A stretch of DNA of 59,408 nucleotides, the filler included, from Rhizaria sp. SCN 62-66 (taxonomy: Eukaryota), in assembly GCA_001724265.1 (NCBI GenBank). It is 9 parts of 9 records of this genome, joined end to end, with 100 filler letters (N's around TTAATTAATTAA, not from the genome) between each part and the next. Parts side by side here need not be neighbours in the genome. Positions count along the whole stretch, not along the records: positions 46,565 to 54,231 come from MEDY01000644.1; positions 54,332 to 59,408 come from MEDY01000645.1; 7 more parts are not named here. The stretch is one strand, 5' to 3'. Positions within the stretch are counted from its first letter, which is position 1; each line of letters opens with the position of its first letter. Shown here piece after piece: positions 50,066 to 59,408 of this stretch. The notes under the pieces are model-generated. The model ran no database searches, was not told the DNA's origin, and saw nothing but the letters and a program-made list of their open reading frames with translations. The position numbers and the translations under genes were made by a program.

Positions 50066-53062
50066 TCATTTGGCAACAAACCCCTCGTGCTGGACAAACG
50101 AGCGTGCCATGAAGTCGTCAGTCTTGAGGCACGAGTCGTTTTTACACTGGGCCTCTAGCCACTGGAGAACCGCGCCAAAAAACCGGCTTTCATCTCCACT
50201 GTCGTGGTTTTCCTGTTTCCCATCGGCCACGCACGTCATCACGCGGCCAACGGGCACGGCGCCGCGCAGCAGGCTCGCCGGACACTGCCGAACGACAAGA
50301 AACCACGGCGTGTCGAAGGTGTCCCCGTCGCCCGCGCGCTGGCTGGGCGCGGCCGCCGCACGAGGGTACAGGAGCACCGTGCCAGCGGAATACATGCCGC
50401 TCTGAATATCGCTCGCTCTCTCGCTCTCACCATCGCTTTCGCTTTCGGCATTGCTTTCGCTGCGGTCGCTCTCGGCAGCGGCGGAGGCGGCGGTTTCAGC
50501 GGCAGAAGGCGCGGCTGCCGGATAACTATACTCGCCATAGACGATGTCGCTGGACGGCAGTGCAATCGCAGTGGCACAGGGCACGGTGGTGCTTTTGTGG
50601 TAGATCGTGACGAACGGCAGCGGCTTTTCCGCAGACTGGTCGGAAGGGATAAAGCACCGGTGGAAGAAATTGCCAAGGGCGCCGTCCTTAGCCGCGACAC
50701 GAAAGTGAGCTGCATTGCTCGGAAACCCCTCGTCATCGAGGCGAATCACAAGACGGAAATTACGCTGCGCCGGCTCCGGGTCCGCAGTACAGATCATCGC
50801 ATTCATCCTCACGTCTGCGGCCTGCTCGTTCGCCTTCAGACTCGACCGCGCAGTGGCAAAAACGCTCTCGCGCGCCCGGGCTTGCAGCAGCGCCAGTGCT
50901 GCCGCTGAAGGCGGGGCACCGTTGAGTCGGGCCAAAGCAGGGAGCGGCTCGAACCTGGTGGACTGTGAATTATAAGCGAATTGGGGAGGGTAGCCGGCCT
51001 CGTCCAGGCTGCATGCAATGTGCGCGTCAAAAGACTCAAGCCAGCCGCCTTTGAACGACTGAGAAAACACACGCAACTCCAAGATTGTCCGCCGGCGCCG
51101 CTCGGCGTTCTTTGCAGTCTCTGTAGCGTCTGTAGTCTCTGTGGCTGCGGCGGCCTCCGTATCCCCCACGTTTTCTGCGGCTTTTGCAACTTCTGCGGGG
51201 GCGGTCGCAGTGAGCCGCGTCAGCAGCGCCCGCAGAAGACCGATCTCACGAAGTGCGGCGCTGACGTCATCGCCGCTGTTGCAGTCGCCGCTGTCGCCGT
51301 CGCCGCTGTTGCCGTCGTCGGCGCCGCCGTCGTTACTCAACATGCAGTCGTGATAAGGCATCAGCTCCAGCGCTTGCAGCCCGCGGCACGCGACGAACGG
51401 CGCGACCGCCTGTGACCGCCACAGCTGCACATCTTCGCCGCTGGCAGGCGACGGCTCGGTTGCACTGAGCACCACGCGCGCCGAACGCAGCAGCCGCGCA
51501 ACAGTGTCGGCGCTGGGCCCCGCGCTCGCGGGCTTGCGAAACCGCCCAGTGGCGCCCGAAGCCGCGTTGCCGGCGACAGACCCGCCGACTCCGCCGCCCG
51601 AGGCCCCGCTCCACAGAGCGAGGCGCGGCAGGATGCTGGCGCAGCACTGCAGAGCGCCTGATGCGAGCAGCTGCTGCGCCATATGCAAGCCGTCGACAGC
51701 GTCGGGACTCGCGTCAATACGGCTGGGAGCGGGGGCAGCGCGCCTGTCTGAGTGTGTGGCCGCTGGGACCGTGGCCGTGGCGGTCAGCAGACAGTCGAGC
51801 AGGAGCACTGTGTTGCGCTGCAGCTCAGCCTGATCAGACCGGGCCGCGCTGCTGAAGATCTCCTCAAGCCCGCGCCCCCCGGCAATTTGCGGCGCAAAGG
51901 CGGGGAAGCGCAGTGCGAGACACGCAAGCAGGCCCGCGAGGTGTGGCAGCAGCGCGCGCGCCTTGCTCGAGACACCGGCATTGGCAAATGCCGCCACCAG
52001 TGCCAGGCGCGGCGCGGCAAAGATACGAGCAAGTGCAGCGTTGTTATCGTCGTCGTCGCCGTCGTCGTCGCGGAGAGTTGCCACGCACTGGTGCAGGAGG
52101 AGCAGCGAAGGGTGCTTGCTGACACGCCACCACGAGGCCTGGTTCGTCATGTCTTGCAGCGCGAGATCAAACTCGGCGCTGAGCGCAAAGTCTAGGATCG
52201 CGGCGCGGTAATGATCCATCTCAACACCGCCGTCGGAGAGCTCGCAGTTGATGATCCCGACGTCTCCGGAGCTGAAGACGGCATTGAGGGCCTCGTAGGC
52301 GCCCTCGCGGAGATTGCGGTCATCGCGTGACGCGGACGTGTGGCGCCGCAGCACGCCGCGCAGCAAGGGCAGAACGCCTGCAGTAACAACGGCGGGCGAC
52401 GCAGGGGGACCGAACGCGCAGAGTGCCGCCAGAGCGCCGATTAGCATGTCGAGAGACCGAATACTAGTCTCGTCACTGCCGTTTTCGTTAAGAGGGGCGC
52501 TCTGGCGTTGGTGATCATCGCCCTGTGAGAACGCAAGCAAGCGCCGTAGAGTCTCGTGCCTGGTCGCAGTGGGGATAGCGGAGGAACGGGACACAACGCG
52601 CACGAGGCAAAGCAGGCGGGACGCCACAGTCTTTCTCTTCTTCTTCTCCTCTGGCGAATCATAAGTCAACGGATTCATGCTTCTGACGCTGAGGAGCTGA
52701 AGAAGCTCACCGATTCGCTCAACCAGACCGCTTGCGGCAAGCACATTGCAGCCAAGTGCGTTGATCATGGAATCGTAGAAGTCTGTTGCATCACATCCCG
52801 CGATGATGTCGAACAGCGACAAGATGGCGTGAGACCGCTGTTCAGTCTGTTCATCACTGAAAAAGTCAGAGACGCAGAGTGTCTGGGCGAGCAACGCTAT
52901 CACACCACTTTCGAGTACAATCTCCCGAAACGCAGCACGCGGAAAGCGAAAGGCCTGCGCGTTCTTAAGATTGTTTAGGTCTGCGACGCTCAGTGACAGT
53001 CCCGCAGTGACCGGGGCAAGCGCGACGTGGAGACGCTTGGTGAGCTAGAGAATCGCGGCCAT
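50066..53062 (-). CDS. Large alpha-solenoid (ARM/HEAT-like) protein with a distinct C-terminal domain
   Basis: 945-codon ORF extends in frame to ATG 53062 through one TAG (53045-53047); repeated helical SG(V/L)xxLL-type motifs. Confidence 0.65.
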
Positions 53063-54231
53063 TTGATGCTGAAGCAGGAGGAAATGTGAGCAGCCACAAA
53101 AGATAGAGCCTATTCCCGCCTCAACGACTACTTTATGTCTAAAGCGCGCCTGTCAGCTGAAAAGAACATGATTATAGTATGTAGCATGTCGGAGAAGGCA
53201 CCAGTTTGGAGTAAGCTCAAGAGATTGGAAAGACAAGGAAGAGTCATCGTCTATACCAACACATAAACGCATGTTGGGACCCATACTCAAATGGAGTTCA
53301 TAAGAAAAAAAAGGTTTGAATTAATAAATAGTATCATACGCGACGTTGACGTTGTACCCACGGAAGCATAGAGCCTGAAAATTCTGGTCTCGACTGGTGG
53401 CTGTCCACCACAAAAAAATAATTTTGTAGACGCATTTAGAGGACTTCTTCAGCATATCTCCTCACTACAGCTCCGAACGAAGAAAAAAGCTTAGTATGCA
53501 GTGTTCAAAACGTGTTTACATAATATATTATTTGCCACATTGCTCGATCACCTAGGTCGACTTAAAAACACCCAAGATATCGTTAACACTCGAGTAACAG
53601 ACTGCCATCGTCGGAAAAATACACGCTGTACCCCGGTTTCCTGGTTGTCAGATGCACTTCGGTGAAGATATGGATATCAATACAACGGATCATGTTCATA
53701 TTCTTAATTATATCCTGTATATCTTGATTTTGTGTCACAGACGATCCTTCAACACCATCTCGCCGTCCAAGTCTTGACCTCAACATGCCCTCTCACATGA
53801 GCCCCGTGCGGGTACCCGACTCTGATTGAAGCCTTGCTGATGCGTTGCGGTGTGTGCTTGCAAGCTGCCAGTGTCATGCTAATGCTCTGGTGTCATATTT
53901 CTTCATCAAAGCCTCCAGGCAACGTCATGAATCCACATCTTTGCTTTGTCATGTGTGTATCAGTCGTTGTGAAATATAGCGTCTTCATCAGAATCAAAAG
54001 GAGCAGCTATGTCCACTGCGAGCTCCGCGTGTAATCATTTCGAGCGTCGGGACTCCGCCGCTGCCCGCGAGCGACGCCGTGCCGGAGGAGAACCTCTTTG
54101 TGTGGGCGTACGTCAGCGACCGCGGGCCGCAGGCGCTGGAGCTGCTGAGCAAGGGGATGTCGAGAACCGCAACGTCGTTGGCGTTAAAGACCTTGAAATC
54201 GATGGGGGGGATGCGTTATGCTGATCTTGGC

Positions 54232-54331
54232 NNNNNNNNNNNNNNNNNNNNNNNNNNNNNNNNNNNNNNNNNNNNTTAATTAATTAANNNNNNNNNNNNN
54301 NNNNNNNNNNNNNNNNNNNNNNNNNNNNNNN
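54232..54331. other. Artificial contig linker
   Basis: Same 100-nt linker. Confidence 0.98.
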
Positions 54332-54332
54332 T

Positions 54333-54524
54333 CTCTCTTCCCTCGCTGCCGGCCTCGCCATTGGTATCATCGGTGACTCCGGTGTCCGCGCCTCCGGCCA
54401 GCACGAGAAGCTCTACGTCCCCATGGTCCTTATTCTCATTTTCGCCGAAGCCCTCGGTCTCTACGGCCTCATTATCGGCATTATTCTTGCTTCCGTCACC
54501 AAGGCTGCCTGCACCATGACCTAA
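54333..54524 (+). CDS. ATP6V0C: V-type ATPase 16-kDa proteolipid subunit c, 3' part
   Basis: [17 protein letters not shown]...[21 protein letters not shown]. Confidence 0.95.
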   Translation, partial: LSSLAAGLAIGIIGDSGVRASGQHEKLYVPMVLILIFAEALGLYGLIIGIILASVTKAACTMT

Positions 54525-55387
54525 GTAAGTTGCCATCGACGCAACAAAAGGGCAACGCAAACAACAACGAAAACACTTCTGGATAGCACTGAGACAATTG
54601 CCAACAACCACTCTTGTTTAAATATGAGTGCTTTGATTTGTTCTCAACTTAGGAGCTGGGGTAGTCGTTGTTTGTCCTGCTTGCCACCGTCGTCCCTGCT
54701 GTCACAGCCGGCTTTGTTACTGCTGCCTTGGAGCATTGGTCACAAGGACGACCGTGATTGCGACGGCATTAACATCTTCTCCTTCGTCTACATTTGAGTT
54801 TTGTTCTTTTCTTTTTCTTTTGTTTTAGTCCTGCTTTGCACGCGCAACATGGGCGTCTTATTGTCGACAACACGAATAACTTTTTAAGTGGAACGTACAG
54901 AGAGATTCATGTTGCTGCGAGGCAGGATAACGACACTTACGTGACGTGATTTCTTCTGTTATTCATATTTTACCTAGGGAATTACGCGTACGAACATGAT
55001 ACATAACACTTTAAAGACACTAGCAAAGCACCCGATGATATGGACTTGCATGTTTAAGCAACTTTAGGCACGCCGCAGTCGAAGCGTGTGATTACAAGCA
55101 TGCAACACCACTTAAAATGCTTGTTTCGCTTTGCTGCTGTGCCGAATTGATTGCTTCTGCTTGCGATTTAATGTCATTAGCGATGACTCACTGATGTTTT
55201 CGAGAATGCTCGTTCGTTAGCTGCGTAGTGGGGGCTTCGAACGGTTTTCGCAGTGTTTGGCGTGTTCACGTGTGTGTCCGCCAATAGCTCTATTTTTGCG
55301 CAAAAGCGAAACTATCTGCACGTTTCTACTTATCTTTCTTTTTAGACTCCACCCGTCCGCGTCTATCCCGGTTTATTCTTTCGTCAA

Positions 55388-57396
55388 ATGCAGTGGCCCT
55401 CTGGAGACGATGCTGGTACGTTCCCCTCCTTCATCTCATTGCCTCTATCACCATACAATCAACGTCGATCGTAGTAAAACCACTCCAATAGATATTTCTA
55501 TTGTTAACATATCTATTCACGTTGTTTTCTGTTCCACTTGTGTTCCTGCTCCTGTAGACGACCGCAAGTTCAAGGTCGGTCGCCTGAAGAGCAACATGTT
55601 CCGCCCGAACCGCGCCGCGGCCAAGGAAGGCAAGGTCGCCGACGCCGACTACGAGAGCAACCTTGCACCCAAGCTCGACCCCGCCGCGGCGCGCGCGCTG
55701 GCCAAGAAGCTCGCGCTGCAGGAGCTGGCCGCCGCTGAGCGCGCGCTGGCTAGGTCCAAGGCCAAGGCCGCCGCCGAGGCCGCCGCCGCCAAGGCCAATC
55801 CCGCGAGTGCAAGTGCGAATGTGACAGCAGCGGGCAAGGGCGTCAAGCGCACTGCACCTAGCTCCGACTCCGACTCTGATGGCAGCAGCAGTGCCAACAG
55901 CAGTGCCAGCAGCAGCGACAGTGAGAGTGACAGCAGCAGCGACAGCGAGAGTGAGAGTGGCAGTGAGAGTGATGGTTCTGAGTCAAGCGAGGCTGCGTCG
56001 GACAGCGACGACAGCGGCGGCGGCGACGACGATGCCGATGACAACGGCGACAGCCACTTGATCGAGGAGGAGGGCCGCGAGATGACTTTCTCCGACTCTG
56101 ACGATGACTCTGACGATGACTCTGACGATGACTCCGACGATGACTCTGACGCGTCGTCGCACAAGAGCAAGAACACCGGTCAGAGCGGCAAGGGGGCCGA
56201 GTTGACGAAGCCTGAGCAGCAGCAGAGGAAGGTCAAGGCCCCCATCAACAAGAATGCGTACGTCACGACGTTCGACTAAGCACTTGGTTTGACAGCATAT
56301 ATCAATTTTTCAAGAACTTCGCGTTTGACTGCTAAAGCCCCATGACAAGTCTATATTACTCATTTTTTTTCAACATCTCTGCAGCATCCCCTCTCACTAT
56401 ATTGCCACTTCTCTTCTCTTCCTATTATAATCGCTTCCCTCTACTATGTTGCGCGCACGCACAACGAACGCCCCCACGCCCCTACACATGCACAGTCCCC
56501 AGGAGCTGGGCACGAAGCAGCGCGTATCGCGCCTGCGCCCCTGCGACATCAGCGGCCTCGTCGTTCACCGCCAGGGCCGCGACCCGCGCTTCGAGGGCGA
56601 CTTGAACACCAAGGACAAGAATGCGTATAACGCCAACTACGCGTTCATCGACGAGTACAAGCGCAAGGATATCGGCGATCTCACGCAGTACGTTTCTTTA
56701 TGCCACACGATCTACCTAAATCTATTTGATTATCGATTTTTGTTGACTGCATTTAAATGAATTACACCAATGTTTCATGTGAAACCAATTCACATTCAAC
56801 AATATAATTTCACTTACTCACACACTTTTCTTTGTGTACCCCGTTCGGCCTTTGCTGCCCTTGCTCTTTGCTCTTCGCGTCACAGGCTGCTGTACAAGGC
56901 GCGCGACAAGGGCGACGAGGCTACGATGAAGTCGGCCAAGTCCCTCCGCAGCACGTACCAGAACACGCTGCTGCGCAAGCAGGAGGCGGCCGCGGACCAG
57001 AAGCGCTACCTGGACTACCTCAACCAGGAGAAGGAGCTCATCAAGCAGGGCAAGGCGCCCAGGTACCTCACCAAGTGTACGTTTACATGTTTTTGGTCGC
57101 TATATCTTAGTATCTGTGTATACGCTCGCGAAGGACTTTAAACTTGTATATCCAATGTATTTACACATATTTTCACAATAACTAATTAATTCTTGTTTTT
57201 TGCGATGTATGTCGCCATTTGTGTCTTCTTTTTCTCCCTTTCTTCCTCCGCAGCGCAAGTCACTCAGCTGGGCACGGGCCAGAAGTTCCTCGAGCTGGCC
57301 GAGAAGCGCGGTGCGCTGGACAAGAAGCTCGAGAAGTCGCGCGTCCGGACCGCGGCTCGCGACGCGGAGTACATGCCCGGCCAGAAGCGCAAGTGA
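55388..57396 (+). CDS. RRP36: rRNA processing protein RRP36 (DUF947); exons 55388-55415, 55558-56257, 56496-56687, 56886-57076, 57254-57396
   Basis: KNAPQELGTKQRVS, RDPRF, NYAFIDEY, EKELIKQGKAPRYLTK, GALDKKLEK; four GTACG-AG introns preserve frame. Confidence 0.88.
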
Positions 57397-57585
57397 GCAA
57401 TACGCAGAAGCAACACTGCGCAGTCGCAGGATGTGACCGTCAAAAGCGGCACAAGGGTGTGGCGCAGATAAGAGGGCCTGCGGGGCTGGTTTTGATCAGT
57501 TATGAACATGTTAGTGATGTATTCGGAATAAATCAAGTACATTTTTCTTAAAAACTGACGATAATACGTCCAATTATCTAGTTCA

Positions 57586-58880
57586 TCAGCGAGCGTCACA
57601 TCTTTTCTATGTTGTTTCTGTCCTAGTCAGAGCTGTGAGCGCGCTCAACGCACCATCAACTGTGTGCTTCGACTTTGGGTGCAGACCATCAAGATAGCTA
57701 TACAGCGCACCGTAACTACTGTTGGCTCTATCTACCCATCCACAGTCGACCATGAGCTGACGCAGCATCACCAGGTCCATGAGCTTGCATACCTTGTCAC
57801 CGACCTCGAAATCGGCCTCCTCGAGCACGTCCCAGCACCGCAGATTGTTGGGGATCTGCGGGCCTTCGGGTCGCACGTACTCAAGATCGATGACATAGTA
57901 CTTGTCGTTGGCGAAGATAACGTTGGCCGTGCGCAGGTCAATATAAACGTAGTTCTGACCATGTAGCTTCGTAAAGAACAAAAGTACTGTGTGCAGAACG
58001 GCAACGGCGTCAAAACCCTTCTTCTTCCTCATTAGATCTTCTAACAACATACCGACCGGCAAAAGGTGAAGACTAACCTTCTTGAGAGTAGGATCGCCAC
58101 TATCTTCGGAGACGATTTCACATTGAAGGTTCTCGCACCATTCACCGTTGGTGATGCGGTAGCCCTCTTTCATCCACTCGAGCTGCTGTGCGTTGAGCTT
58201 GTTGAACGTCTTGAAGACGCCTTCACGTGACAGCTTGATACAGCGGCCAAGACCTTGGATCTCATTTCTCCACTTGCCAACAAACTGTTGTTCATGGATG
58301 TTGCGAAGCCAGCGGCCCACGTTCACTGCGAGCTGAAGCGCCATCGCTTGGCCTTGCACTGTTTTCAAGGCAACTATGGCAAACAACTTGAGTTCATCAT
58401 TGCGCTCAAGATAGAATAGTTTCATGCAAGTCGCACTTGTAGCTACGCACAACACACCGCCAGAGAGTTCATTGTAACACGGAGCATGCCAAGTGGGCGC
58501 GCTGTCAAAGCACACTTCGTCGTCACTCTTGACATCTGCCTTTTCAGTGATAAACACGGGACTCGCGAAGCCGGGAACCCGGATAGTAAAAGTATCCGCA
58601 TGTGACGACGCATATCTGTTGGTTTTCTACTCCTGGGCTGTGATGCAGACAATGAACTGTCGCGCTGCATCACGTAACGTCCGGCATCTTCAGGTGGCAA
58701 ACCCGTGTTGGCGACAGAGAGGGCAATCTGCCAAAAGCACGCGTGGCGAACGCTCGTGATATCTTTAGCAGGGATTACTCACTAGCATGCTGAGCCAGGA
58801 AACATGCAGCGCCGCACGAAACACGCAATAGTTGACGACGGTTTGGAGTATAACGGCTCATCACAGTTACCTCGTCATCG
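57586..58880 (-). pseudogene. CR-type REase + protein kinase effector, 5' part disrupted
   Basis: Kinase motifs LLPVG, LHGQNYVYIDLRTANVIF, VIDLEY, D..ML; upstream REase-like MQRDSS...VFITEKAD; frame break near 58600 and in-frame TGA/TAG at ~58779-58784. Confidence 0.65.
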
Positions 58881-59408
58881 ATGCGGAAGTTGACACAAGG
58901 TGCGTCCACGATGTCAGCGAGGTTCGGAATCGACGAGGTCGCAAAACCATGTGTTGTGGAATGCAGACTGACGGCACCGACACCATCTCAATTTTTTGCA
59001 CTCCGCTCCGGGACGGAGACGTCCCTACTCTTTGAGAACTGCATTATGATGCTCTCGTATTCCATGATTAAAACTGCGAACAAAGATAACGGCGCTGACA
59101 ACAAGGACGTCCCCACCTTTAGAAGAGAGAGCGGTTTCGATGCGGTGGCGGATCCAAAGGGAGCGTTGTTGATACAGTGCTTGTGAGAGACAGAGTGCGT
59201 TGAGGGAAACGGATGTGACGGGTGATGCAGTGAGCTATAGAATATGCGAAAATGAAAAACGCATTCAGCTCAGAAGGGCATTGGCGGTGAACTGTACGAT
59301 ACGTTTACTCCTGTGACGCACGACATTTTACATAAAAAAGCATGTGAGACGGTGACGAAGACGGCCCACGGTGTATTCCCCTCGCTGTGTCCAAAGGTGG
59401 TGTTTCTG

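Noticed and set aside
54009-54231. GC-rich coding-like stretch at contig end
   Set aside because: Too short, with no clear start or family to call
58620-58790. TAGs upstream of the kinase as recoding evidence
   Set aside because: Region also has an in-frame TGA and a frameshift, so it is ordinary decay

Overview
The window is not one locus. It is nine eukaryotic (protist-like) contigs joined by eight artificial 100-nt linkers (N44-TTAATTAATTAA-N44). The genome is gene-dense, with GC-rich exons and AT/pyrimidine-rich spliceosomal introns, mostly with a GTACG(T) donor; there is one GC-AG intron and several 5' micro-exons. Recognisable genes: CCT2, proteasome alpha1 (PSMA6), RPL38 (frameshifted), RPL12, RPL9, alpha-tubulin, V-ATPase c, RRP36, pirin, MacroD-type macrodomain, LDAH-like lipase, TMEM164-like, LRMDA-like LRR, a Skp1-like protein, a CCCH/G-patch protein and a bacterial-type RsmG with an RGG tail. 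Accessory content includes Crinkler/RHS (CR)-type effector genes (NTPase+REase; REase+kinase), two bacterial/phage-looking proteins and patchworks of gene fragments. Top candidate: a CR-type reading frame of 1007 codons before its terminal TAA (35401-32378) carries five in-frame TAGs and no other lesion, while none of 19 visible gene ends uses TAG (11 TAA, 8 TGA). This suggests UAG may be a sense codon in this nuclear genome; CAG>TAG-biased decay and cryptic introns are the alternatives. Family assignments are by motif recognition only; no searches were run.
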